Of a stretch of DNA of 64,000 nucleotides, positions 28,522-38,500 are shown in pieces; within the stretch, counting starts at the first letter, position 1, and every line of letters starts with the position of its first letter. A program made the translations under genes and the position numbers. Source of the DNA: Hyphomicrobiaceae bacterium (GTDB lineage: Bacteria > Pseudomonadota > Alphaproteobacteria > Rhizobiales > Hyphomicrobiaceae); NCBI GenBank assembly GCA_022842785.1, contig JALHOW010000010.1, positions 31,224 through 95,223 on the forward strand. Reading direction: 5' to 3'. The notes under the pieces were generated by a model. The model had not been told where the DNA came from and ran no database searches. It saw only the letters and a list, made by a program, of their open reading frames with translations.

Positions 28522-29394
28522 TTAGCTGCCCGGCAGAACCAGGATCTTGGGGGTCTTGGGCAGTGTCGCCCGCGAGACGACCGTTGTCGGTACTTCGGCC
28601 ATCTCGACTTCGAAGTGCGGGCGCGCCTCGTGCAGAAAGCGCTCCAGCGTATAGGACGAGAAGTAGTGCATGGGGATCATGAGGGGCGCCTTCAGCGCCT
28701 TCAGGACCTCCATCATGCCCTGCACGTCCAGCGTGAAGCTGCCGTCCACGGGAACCAGAACGACATCGAGCTGGCCGATCTGCGCGAGCTGCTGGGTCGT
28801 CAGCGTATGATGCAGGTGGCCGAGGTGGCCGATGCACAGATTCCCCGTTTCGAAGACGAAGATCGAGTTGCCCCAGGTATCGGTGCCGCCCCCATAGCTG
28901 CGGATGTTGGTCGGGATATTGCGGACGCGCACGTCCTCGAGGCTGATGTCGTGCTGGGCGTGCCCGCCGTCGGGGTTCCAGCCACGCAGGACGTGAGCGA
29001 TCGCTGGATCTGGGTTGTTGGTGTAGTGCGTGGTGTGGGCCCGGTTCATGGTCACGATCTCGGGGATCACGGCCGGCCGCACATAGTCGTTGTAGTCGGT
29101 CGCGATCCGGACGCCGCGCTGCGTTTCGAGCAGGAATGTCGAATGACCGACGTAGCTGATCCGCGTCTCGCCAATCTTGAGTTGTGCGCGGTGGACGAGG
29201 GAGGGGATCGAAATGCCGCCAGGCCCGCGCTTGGTCGGTGCTTCGGCCATTGCGAGGCAGAGGTCCGGTGCGACTTTGCTTGGGGCTGGGCTTGGAGCCG
29301 GCGCCTGGGCATTGGCGGGAGGGATGGCGAGGATCAGCAGGGCTGCCGGCAGGAGGGACAAGGCGGCAGCTTCGAGCAACGTCCTCACGCGCAT
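28522..29394 (-). CDS. Exported MBL-fold metallo-hydrolase
   Basis: Signal peptide; YVGHSTFLLET, TMNRAHTTHY, GHLGHLHH, PMHY. Confidence 0.85.
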   Translation of the reverse strand: MRVRTLLEAAALSLLPAALLILAIPPANAQAPAPSPAPSKVAPDLCLAMAEAPTKRGPGGISIPSLVHRAQLKIGETRISYVGHSTFLLETQRGVRIATDYNDYVRPAVIPEIVTMNRAHTTHYTNNPDPAIAHVLRGWNPDGGHAQHDISLEDVRVRNIPTNIRSYGGGTDTWGNSIFVFETGNLCIGHLGHLHHTLTTQQLAQIGQLDVVLVPVDGSFTLDVQGMMEVLKALKAPLMIPMHYFSSYTLERFLHEARPHFEVEMAEVPTTVVSRATLPKTPKILVLPGS

Positions 29395-29422
29395 TCGGAC
29401 CTCCGGGTCTGTTACGACACCA

Positions 29423-30631
29423 TCATGCGGCCGCCCCACTCGTCCTCAAGGCCGCTATCTCATTCTCGCTGAGCCCTGCCTCCCGCAGAATCACATCTGT
29501 GTGTTGGCCGAGGTCCGGGCCTGGGCCCGGTCGGCGAGGTGCAGCATGACCGATCTGGAACGGCGCCGCCAGTGTCTGCGGCATGCCGGGGGTGTCGGTC
29601 TCGACCACCGCGCGCGCGGCAATGGCCTGCGCGTCCTCCGGAATATCCTGCAGGCGATTGATGATCGAGTGTGGGACGCCTCGCGCTTTCAACATCCTGT
29701 TCCAGTGCGCGAACGGCCGCGTCCGGATGATGGGATCTAGGATCTCGCGCAGGGCCGCGGCATTGGCGTGGCGCGCTGCGCGCTCGACGAAACGAGGGTC
29801 CGTTGCCAGATCCGGCCGCTCGATCATTTCCAGGATGACGGGAAAGTCGCGCGTCTCGTTGGTGACGTTGATCTGGAGCCAGCGGTCGTCGGACGTCAGG
29901 TAGATGTTGGCAAGTGCCGAGCGGGGGCGATCGCGCGGCGGGCGATTGGGCAGGTAGGACCCGAGGAGTGCCGCCTGGGCATAGACGCCGTTCGACCATA
30001 GGCCGTTGGCGAGCAGGTTGCTGGCAACCCAGGTGCCCTTGCCGGTTCGCGCGCGGTCGATGAGTGCGATGAGAATGGCCGAGAGCAGCGCCATGGCCGA
30101 CGGACGGTCGCCCTGTGCCGGCAGCGCGAAGCCCGGTGGCTGACCTTCGAAGTGAGTCCCATCGAGCAGGCCCGAGCGGGCGAAGTAGGCGTTGCTGTCG
30201 TAGCCCGGCTGATCCTTGTCGCCGCCCTCCTCGCCGTAGCCCGAGAAGGACGCATAGATGAGCCGCGGATTGCGCGCCGAGACTTCCTCGTAGCTGAGGC
30301 GCAGGCGTGCGCGCACGGGGAAGGGGTAGTTCGTGATGAGGATGTCGGCCTGGTCGATCAGCCGGTCGAGGGCGGCGCGGCCCTGCGGGTTCTTCAGATC
30401 CAGCGCAATCGAACGCTTGTTCCGGGCGTCGAGGTGCCAGGGGTAGTTGACCTCGGACTTGGGAAAGCTCGTGAGATTGATGTTCCCGCGATGCGGATCG
30501 CCTTCTCCCGGCGGCTCCACCTTGATGACGTCGGCGCCGTAGTCGCCGAGGACGACGGCTGCGGCCGGTGCAGCAATGAACGAGCTGACGTCGAGCACGC
30601 GCAGTCCGTCGAGCGGGAGCGGGTTCGCCAT
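29423..30631 (-). CDS. CaiB/BaiF family CoA-transferase
   Basis: LDGLRVLD, LGDYGADVIKVEPP.EGD, ARNKRSIALDLK, GPDLGQHT. Confidence 0.92.
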   Translation of the reverse strand: MANPLPLDGLRVLDVSSFIAAPAAAVVLGDYGADVIKVEPPGEGDPHRGNINLTSFPKSEVNYPWHLDARNKRSIALDLKNPQGRAALDRLIDQADILITNYPFPVRARLRLSYEEVSARNPRLIYASFSGYGEEGGDKDQPGYDSNAYFARSGLLDGTHFEGQPPGFALPAQGDRPSAMALLSAILIALIDRARTGKGTWVASNLLANGLWSNGVYAQAALLGSYLPNRPPRDRPRSALANIYLTSDDRWLQINVTNETRDFPVILEMIERPDLATDPRFVERAARHANAAALREILDPIIRTRPFAHWNRMLKARGVPHSIINRLQDIPEDAQAIAARAVVETDTPGMPQTLAAPFQIGHAAPRRPGPGPDLGQHTDVILREAGLSENEIAALRTSGAAA

Positions 30632-30748
30632 TGGGGCCCTTCTTTTTGTCGGACGTTTGCCTCTGGCGGCGAGCTTAGCGGCGCTGTTCAGCGCTGCCTA
30701 GAGTGGCTACGCTGCGGAAAAGAACATGCAACCGGGAGGACAATCACG

Positions 30749-31564
30749 ATGAGCGCGATCAACGGAGACTGGCTGGGCCTTGGTGGGCGCGTAGCGGTCG
30801 TGACGGGAGCGGCCAGCGGCATCGGACGCGCCGCGGCTTACAGCCTATCGAGCGCCGGCGCGGCCGTTGCCCTGCTCGATATCAACATCGAAGGCGCCAA
30901 GGATGCCGCGCGTCAGATCGCGGAGACGGGTGGCAAGGCCATCGCCGTCGAGTGCGACACGACAAGTGAGGCGAGCATCGCGGCGGCGCGATCGCAGGTC
31001 GAGGCAGGGCTCGGCGGTGCCGACATCCTTGTGAACAACGCGGGTATCTTGCGGCCGGGCGGGCTCGATAAGCTCGCGCTCGCGGACTGGAACAAGATCC
31101 TCGCCGTGAATTTGACCGGCTACCTGCTCACGGCCCAGTCCTTCGGCGAGGGCATGCGTGAGCGCAAGCGCGGGGCGTTGGTGCACATCGCCTCGATCGC
31201 GGCGAGCGAGCCACAGCCGTATTCGGGCGCCTACAGCGCGGCCAAGACGGGCGTCGTCATGCTGTCCCGCCAGCTCGCTGTCGAGTGGGGCGCTCAGGGT
31301 GTGCGCTCGAATGTCGTCAGCCCGGGCTTTATCCGGACGCCACTGAGCGAAGGGTTCTATCAGGTGCCGGGCGTCGTCGAGGCGCGTTCGCGCGTCGTGC
31401 CGGTGGGGCGGGTTGGTACGCCGGAGGACATCGCCAACGCGGTGACGTTCCTCGCTTCGGACAAGGCCGCGTACGTCAGCGGATCGGAGTTGCTCGTCGA
31501 CGGCGGCGCCAACACCATCCTCATGGGGCAGGTACCCCGCCCGGGCTTCGAACGCCCGAGCTAA
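30749..31564 (+). CDS. Short-chain dehydrogenase/reductase
   Basis: TGAASGIG, LVNNAG, YSAAK, PG.IRT; GGAGGA RBS. Confidence 0.92.
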   Translation: MSAINGDWLGLGGRVAVVTGAASGIGRAAAYSLSSAGAAVALLDINIEGAKDAARQIAETGGKAIAVECDTTSEASIAAARSQVEAGLGGADILVNNAGILRPGGLDKLALADWNKILAVNLTGYLLTAQSFGEGMRERKRGALVHIASIAASEPQPYSGAYSAAKTGVVMLSRQLAVEWGAQGVRSNVVSPGFIRTPLSEGFYQVPGVVEARSRVVPVGRVGTPEDIANAVTFLASDKAAYVSGSELLVDGGANTILMGQVPRPGFERPS

Positions 31565-32640
31565 CGTCCCTTCTGTCCTCGCCGGCCGACCGCACCTTCG
31601 ATGAGGGCGGCGAGGCGGCCTTCGTCGCGGGCCTCGAACGTGAGCCGTATCGGCAGGGCGCGCGCCTGCGCATGGAGCTCGGCTAGAGGACCGGCGCCGC
31701 CAGCAAGACGCGCGCGGTCCTTCTCCGTGGTGACGAGCGTTGCGCCGTGCGCGCGCGCGAGTTCGAGAAGGCGGCTCGCATCAGCGGGCTTGAAGGCGTG
31801 GTGATCGGGAAAGGTGAGCGTCGCGACGGGGCGGGCGCCAAGCGCGGCGAGCGTTGCGAAAAAGCGATCCGGAACGCCGATGCCGGCGAAGGCGACGACC
31901 GGTCCGGAGGAAAGCCAGGCCGAGGCGCTCGCAGGAACGATCTGCGCTTCGAGCACGGGGCCCTCGAAGTCGTGGCGCAGGTTGGCGGCGAAATCGCTCT
32001 GGACCTGCAGTGTCCCTGTGCTGGAGCCGCGGTTGACGACGATGGCATCGACGAGGTCGAGCTGAAAGTCGAGCGGTGCCCGCAGCGGTCCGGCCGGCAT
32101 CACACGGCCGTTGCCCACACCGCGCGCGCCGTCGACGATGGCGATGGTGAGATCCTTCGCAAGGCCGGGGTTCTGCAGACCGTCGTCCATGATGATGACA
32201 TCGGCGGCGGGGCGGGCGCCGGACGCCGTGCTGGCCTCTGCGGCAATAGCGCGCGCGCCCGCTGCGCGATCGCGGCTGATCAGCGTCGGATGGGCAGCGG
32301 CAAGCAGCAGCGGTTCGTCGCCGACGTCTTCTGCGCGGTCACGCTCGGGATCGACCCAGTGAGGGCCAGACACGCGGCCGCCGTAGCCGCGCGAGAGGAA
32401 GGCGCTGGTCAAGCCCATGCCGCCGATAAGGTCGGCGATGGTGAGCGCGAGTGGCGTCTTGCCGGTGCCGCCCGCTGTGAAATTGCCGATGCAGATGACG
32501 GTGATGGGCGCGCGGTACGGCGTGGCCCGGGCGAAGCGCCGGCGCACCAGCCCGCCCCACAGCGCAGCCGCAGGTCCGAGCAGCCGAGGCACGATGCCGG
32601 GCGCCGTCTCATACCACCACGTTGGCTCGCGCATCGTCAC
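31561..32640 (-). CDS. lpxK: Tetraacyldisaccharide 4'-kinase
   Basis: IGNFTAGGTGKTP, LSRGYGG, GDEPLLL, MDDGLQN, FPDHH, TTEKD. Confidence 0.95.
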   Translation of the reverse strand: MTMREPTWWYETAPGIVPRLLGPAAALWGGLVRRRFARATPYRAPITVICIGNFTAGGTGKTPLALTIADLIGGMGLTSAFLSRGYGGRVSGPHWVDPERDRAEDVGDEPLLLAAAHPTLISRDRAAGARAIAAEASTASGARPAADVIIMDDGLQNPGLAKDLTIAIVDGARGVGNGRVMPAGPLRAPLDFQLDLVDAIVVNRGSSTGTLQVQSDFAANLRHDFEGPVLEAQIVPASASAWLSSGPVVAFAGIGVPDRFFATLAALGARPVATLTFPDHHAFKPADASRLLELARAHGATLVTTEKDRARLAGGAGPLAELHAQARALPIRLTFEARDEGRLAALIEGAVGRRGQKGR

Positions 32641-32744
32641 CGGTCGGCGTCCTCGTGCTCCTGTTCCGGCTGTCTCGGAACCAATTCGACCAAGGCCGCT
32701 TGTAGCAAGTTGGTGACAGTTTCACAGACCGTACAAAATGGGAT

Positions 32745-32772
32745 TTGACATGCGCTACGGCCGCTCTACAAG
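32745..32772 (+). promoter_or_regulatory. Sigma70-type promoter
   Basis: TTGACA at 32745-32750, CTACAA at 32766-32771. Confidence 0.6.
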
Positions 32773-32782
32773 CTCCGCGCAT

Positions 32783-32930
32783 CGGGACCTAAATAGTTCC
32801 GGGTTCGGGGGGAGTTGAACGTGGCTCCGCAAGGAAGCGGCCCGTTCGGCGTCTCTCGGGCGATTGTTCCCCTCCAAGACTGCGCGTCCATCATGATCCG
32901 CGAGACAGCGCGGGGTGGTGACTGGAGACT
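32783..32930 (+). ncRNA. Candidate structured 5' leader or sRNA upstream of SET gene (family unassigned)
   Basis: Starts just after the promoter; hairpin 32783-32801; long hairpin 32810-32857 with GCAA tetraloop; third hairpin ~32890-32920. Confidence 0.45.
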
Positions 32931-33042
32931 ACCTACGCATGTCCGCTAGGACACAATGCTCGCACTGCGGGGCCAAGCGCACCTTGCCCTCGATCACCTC
33001 AGTTTTCTCTCGAAAAATGCTGAATAGCTGGAGACAAGTATC

Positions 33043-33492
33043 ATGATGCTCGTCGCTACGTCCGTGCGTGCCAGCGCGATCGAAGGCGTTGGCGTATTTG
33101 CAGTGGACTTCATCCCGGCGGGGACGCCGATCTGGGCGCTCGACGAGCGCTTTGACAAGGTCTTCACCGAGGAAGAGGTCGCTAGCTTCCCGCAAAATGT
33201 GCAGGACTACTTCAATCGCTACGGCTATCCGCACATGGAGCGGGACGGCTTTGTCGTGCTCGAACTCGACAATGGCCGGTTCATGAACCACAGCCTGAGC
33301 CCGAATACGGACTTCACACGGCCGGACGTTGGCTACGCCATCGCCGATATCCATCCGGGTCAGGAGCTGATCTGCAACTACTTCGAGTTCGATCGCACGT
33401 TCCAGGGCTTCGATGCCCCGGCGGTCGCTGTCGAGCCAGCGTACGCCGTTCACGCGAATGGCTTGGGCGCTGGCATCAGCGCCAGCATCTGA
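33043..33492 (+). CDS. SET domain-containing protein (putative lysine methyltransferase)
   Basis: S.IEG.GVFA...I..GT.IW, GRFMNHS..PN, AIADI.PGQEL..NY. Confidence 0.9.
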   Translation: MMLVATSVRASAIEGVGVFAVDFIPAGTPIWALDERFDKVFTEEEVASFPQNVQDYFNRYGYPHMERDGFVVLELDNGRFMNHSLSPNTDFTRPDVGYAIADIHPGQELICNYFEFDRTFQGFDAPAVAVEPAYAVHANGLGAGISASI

Positions 33493-33769
33493 GTCGACGC
33501 GTCGCGGAAGGGGGCAGCCGGGGCCTTAGGCCCCGGTGCCGCCGCTGCGTTACAGCGTCCGTCCAGCCGGACAGTGGGCGCGTTTTCGCATTCATTTGGC
33601 ATGGCGCTGGCTGCCGTCCCTGCGGCTTTACGGGCGCGGGCTCACGACCAGTTCAATTGGCATCGGGCGCCGAAATGCCTTAATGCTTCGGCCCAATAAC
33701 GCTGGATCCGGCGTGTCCTCCCGACGAGGGGGAGTCGCTGGGTCGATTTAGGCCGTGAAGGAGAACGAC

Positions 33770-34468
33770 GTGACGGCGACGCCTTTTGCCCTGTTCGCGC
33801 GCAGCCTGAATCGGCGCGCATTCCTGATTGGTGCGACCAGCGCCGCAGCGCTCGCGACGGCTGCTGGTCTGACGCCGGCACTTGCTCAGCGGCGCTCTGC
33901 CGCTCCGGATGAAGTTTCGGTCGAGGCCCTGATGAAGCCCGGCGCGTTGCCGGAGCTGGCCGTCGGCAAGGCCGACGCGCCCGTTACGATCGTCGAGTAC
34001 GCATCGATGACGTGCGGGCACTGCGCCAATTTCCACAACACCGTTTATCCGGCACTCAAAGAGAAATATATCGACACCGGCAAGGTGCGCTTCATCCTGC
34101 GTGAGTTCCCGCTCGACAATCTCGCAGCGGCGGCCTCGATGCTTGCCCGGTGCGCCGGCGGCGATGCAACCCAGGCCATGATCAGCGCCCTCTTCAAGAC
34201 ACAGGACAAATGGGCGTTCGTCCGCGGCAACCCGGTGCCGGAGCTCTTCAAGATCGCTCAGCAGGCCGGCTTTACCCAGGAGCGTTTCGACACGTGCCTG
34301 AAGGACAACGCGACGCTCGACCAAATGATCTCCGCCCGCCAGCGGGCGAGCGATGAGTTCGGAGTCAACGCGACGCCGACGTTCTTCATCAACGGCAAGC
34401 GTCTTCGCGGGCGGTCGGACTCGCTCGAAGCTTTCGATCAGGCGCTCGCGCCCTTCCTCGGCGGCTGA
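33770..34468 (+). CDS. DsbA family thiol-disulfide oxidoreductase with Tat-like signal
   Basis: LNRRAFL signal; EYASMTCGHC, REFPLD, ATPTFFING. Confidence 0.9.
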   Translation: MTATPFALFARSLNRRAFLIGATSAAALATAAGLTPALAQRRSAAPDEVSVEALMKPGALPELAVGKADAPVTIVEYASMTCGHCANFHNTVYPALKEKYIDTGKVRFILREFPLDNLAAAASMLARCAGGDATQAMISALFKTQDKWAFVRGNPVPELFKIAQQAGFTQERFDTCLKDNATLDQMISARQRASDEFGVNATPTFFINGKRLRGRSDSLEAFDQALAPFLGG

Positions 34469-34504
34469 TACGCCGTGCGCACCCGCCGGGGAGCCGGGAC
34501 GTTG

Positions 34505-35362
34505 ATGCCGCGCGCGATGGCGAGGTTCACCACGAACCTTGTCCTGCTCGCCTCGGCCGTCGCGCTTGCAGGCTGCTCGGGCGATGCACTCAGCACGCTC
34601 GATCCATCGCGCCCGGTGGGCATGACCCAGGAAACCGCGGCCGTCGGCGTTTCAGCGCAGCCAAAGGCGCCCGCCTTCGATCCTTTCTCCGACAGTCCAG
34701 TGACGTCGGTGCCCATGCGTCAGGTCATCGATAACCCGACGCTCGCCGAGGTGATGCGCCCGGGCCCACTGCCGGAATTCTCGATCGGTAGCCAGGATGC
34801 CCCGGTCACGATCATCAAGTACGCCTCTCTGACCTGCCCCTTCTGCCGCCGCTTTCAGGCGGAGGTTTTCCCGGTCCTGAAGCGCGATTACATCGACCGC
34901 GGGAAGGTCCGTTTCATCATTCGCGAGTTTCCCATCGGCAAATCCAGCGGCATGGCGACCATAGCGCTGCGCTGCGCCCCCATGGACCGCTACCTTGAGC
35001 TGTACGGGCGCTATCTTTCCACGCAGGCGCAGTGGGTTTCCCAGGAAGTTCGGATCGAGCCGATCCTGAAGGTTGCACAAGGTGTTGGCTTGTCGGCGGC
35101 GCAGTTTGACAGCTGCCGCCAGAATCAAGGCATGATCGGCGCCCTGAACCAGGTGAAAGACCGTGGTCGGGAGCTTGGGGTCATTGGGACGCCGAATTTC
35201 TTCATCAACGGCCAGCTCGTGAAGAAGACGCTGGATCTGGCCGAGCTTCGGGCGATCATCGATCCATTGATCTCGGGCCCTGCGCTAGTGTCCCGATCCC
35301 GAGGTTCGCCTGACCTCGATGCTGGCGTCTCGAGCGAACCTCGGAATCAAAAGGGACACTAG
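34505..35362 (+). CDS. DsbA family lipoprotein
   Basis: Lipobox ALAGC; YASLTCPFC, REFP, GTPNFFING. Confidence 0.88.
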   Translation: MPRAMARFTTNLVLLASAVALAGCSGDALSTLDPSRPVGMTQETAAVGVSAQPKAPAFDPFSDSPVTSVPMRQVIDNPTLAEVMRPGPLPEFSIGSQDAPVTIIKYASLTCPFCRRFQAEVFPVLKRDYIDRGKVRFIIREFPIGKSSGMATIALRCAPMDRYLELYGRYLSTQAQWVSQEVRIEPILKVAQGVGLSAAQFDSCRQNQGMIGALNQVKDRGRELGVIGTPNFFINGQLVKKTLDLAELRAIIDPLISGPALVSRSRGSPDLDAGVSSEPRNQKGH

Positions 35363-35543
35363 AGTCATAGTGTTGCTAGTGCGATTCAGATCGAGAAATT
35401 CGCTCACAGGGCAGGGGCGAACGCTGGCGAATTTCTCGATCATCGCACTAGCCGCGACACCGGTATCCGTACCGCGTTGAGCGCATTTTCGTATAAGGCG
35501 TGCGAGCGAAGACCGATCCACCGCTATGAAGGCGGGTGCTGAC

Positions 35544-38500
35544 GTGCAGATCACGCGACTTCGGCTGCTCGGCTTCAAATCGTTCGTGGAGCCGACCGAG
35601 CTTGTCATCGAGAAGGGACTGACCGGCGTTGTCGGGCCGAACGGCTGCGGCAAGTCGAACCTGCTCGAGGCCTTGCGCTGGGTCATGGGCGAGACGTCCT
35701 ACAAGTCCATGCGCGCCTCGACCATGGAGGACGTGATCTTCTCCGGGACGAATGCCCGGCCGGCCAGGAACATGGCCGAGGTCACGATCTCGATCGACAA
35801 CGGCGCGCGCACGGCGCCGGCCGAACTCAACGACGCCGACGTGCTCGAGGTTACGCGCCGCATCGAGCGCGACGCGGGCTCGGCGTATCGTGTGAATGGC
35901 GGCGAAGTCCGTGCGCGCGACATCAAACTGCTGTTCGAGGATGCCTCGACGGGCGCTCGCTCGCCCTCCCTCGTCCGCCAGGGACAGATTGCCGAGATCG
36001 TCAATTCAAAGCCGGAGCAGCGTCGCCGCATCCTGGAGGATGCGGCGGGCATCGCCGGTCTGCACAGCCGTCGCCATGAGGCGGAGCTGCGGCTCAAGGC
36101 AGCCGAGGGCAATCTGGCGCGCGTCAACGATGTGCTCGGTCAACTCGGCAGTCAGATCGAGGCCCTGAAGCGCCAGACCCGGCAGGCACGACGTTATCGC
36201 GAGTTATCGGGCGAGATTCGCAAGGCCGAGGCACTGCTGCTTCATCTTTCGTGGACTGCGGCGCAGAACGAGGTGGTCGCAACGGAGGCCGCGCTCTGGC
36301 AGGGCCTAGGTGCGCTTGCGGCCGCGACCGAGCGCGAAGCTGCGCTCGTCACCGAGGAAGCTGAGCGCGCGTCAGCCATCGAGCCATTACGTGAGGAGGA
36401 AGCGCGTCGGGGCGCGGCGCTCGCCCGCCTGCGCATCGAGCAGGAGAATTTCGAGAAGGAGGCGCGGCGTCTCGCCGAGCGCCAGCGCGAACTCGAAGCG
36501 CGCGCGGAGCAGATGCGGCGCGACATCGAGCGCGAGCAGCAGCAGGTCGCCGAGGCGCGCGCGATCCTCGACAGACTGGGCTCGGAAGCGGAGACGATCA
36601 AGACCGAGGTCGCCGACGGCCAGCAAGCGGAAGAAGAAACCCGCGCGGGTCTCGATGAAGCCGAGGCGGCACTTGGCGAAGCGACGGCCAGGCTCACGGA
36701 GGTCACGGCGCGCGCCATCGAGGCACGCACGCGCCGCCGCGCGCTCGAGAGTACGCACGCCGAGCGGCAGGGCCATGTGAAGCGCATCGAAAGCCAGCTC
36801 GCCTCTTTCGCGACACAGGCGCGGGAGATCGCGGCGCGCGCGCCCGATGCCGAGCGCCTTCAGCAACTCTCCGAGGCGGGTCAACGCCTCATGCGTGAGT
36901 TGGAGTTCGTCGATGAGCAAGCGCTGGCCGCCGAGGCGCGCGCCGCCGAGATCGCCATCGAGGCGCGGGCGCGCGAGGAGGCCAGTCAGGCTGCGCTGCT
37001 GACCTCTGGCCAGCTTCGCACGGAAGTCGAGACGCTTGCCAAGCTGCTGTTGCCGGTGCGCGATGACGGCCTGCCGCCGATGATCGACGAGCTGCGCGTC
37101 CAGCCCGGTTATGAGCGCGCGCTCGGTGCAGCCCTCGGCGATGATCTCGATGCGCCTGTTGCTGAAGAGGCGGATGTCTATTGGCGCCACGTCGGACGCG
37201 CCGCGGATGATCCGCCGCTGCCCGTCGGCGTGCACCCGCTGGCTCACGAGGTGGATGCGCCGCCGGAGCTTGCGCGGCGGCTGGCGCAGATCGGCGTCGT
37301 CGTGCGTGAGGATGGGCGGCTCCTGCAGCCCTATCTGCGCCCCGGCCAACGGCTCGTGTCGCCCGAGGGCGATCTCTGGCGCTGGGATGGTTTTACGGTC
37401 GCGGCCACTGCGCCGACGGCTGCTGCTGTGCGGCTTGCCGAGCGCAATCGGCTGGGCGAGCTCGAAGTGCTCGAGGATGCGGCGCGGCGCGAGGCGGAGG
37501 ATCTCACTTCGGCGACGCGCACAGCGCGCGAGATGCACCGGGTCGCGGAGAGCGAGGAGCGCCGCCTGCGCCAGTCCTGGCGCGAAACCCAGGCCGAACT
37601 CGCCCGCACGCGCGAAAAGCTCACGGTGATCGAGCGACAGGCACGCGAGACCGAGCAGCGGCTGGCGGCCGTCGCCGAGAATCGCTCCGCCGCCGAAGCG
37701 GCACTCGTCGAGGCGAAGGAGCGACTGGCCGAAATCGAGACAGCCATTGATGCCCTCGACAATGACGATGCGCTCGAAGCCGAGGTCGCAGCAGTCGAGA
37801 GAGAAACGGGCAAGCATCGCAGCACGGTCGGAGAAATTCGCCAGGTGCTTTCGCGCATCGAGCGCGACGTGCACGTGCGCAGCGAGCGGCTCAATGCCGT
37901 CGAGGTCGAGCGCACGCGTTGGCAAGCACGCTGCGAGGATGCAGGTGGTCACGTCGCGACGCTGAGCGCGCGTATGGGAGAGACCGAGGAAGAGCTTGCC
38001 GATATGGCCGAGCTTCCGGCCGAAATCGAAGCACAGCGCATCAAGCTGCACGACCAGATGCAGGCGGCCGAGACGGCGCGCAGTGAGGCGTCGGATCGCC
38101 TTGCGGAATCCCAGTCCGGGCACCGCGAGAGCCAGCAGGCGCTCAAGTCTGCGCAGGCGGCGGTGAGCGATCAGCGTGAGCAGCGCGCGCGCGCCGAAGC
38201 CAAGCTCGAATCTGCGCGCCAGAAGCGATCCGACGAGGGGCGGCGGATCCGCGAGACCATGGACTGCGCGCCCGAAGCCTGCCTCGCGCTGGCCGAGGTG
38301 GAGCCCAATGCGACCCTGCCGGCGCTCGCCGACGTGGATCGATCGCTGCAGCGCCTCAAGGCCGATCGCGAGCGCCTCGGCGGCGTCAATCTTGCGGCCG
38401 ATGACGAGCTTCAAAAGATGAACGAGCAGTTCGCGACAATGGATCTCGAGCGGCTCGACGTCGAGCAGGCGATCAACAAGCTGCGCGGCGCCATCGGTCA

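Noticed and set aside
32822-32842. TCC-GCAA-GGAAGCGG resembles SRP RNA helix 8
   Set aside because: The conserved CAGG of the symmetric loop is missing and the overall fold differs; kept only as an unassigned structured RNA
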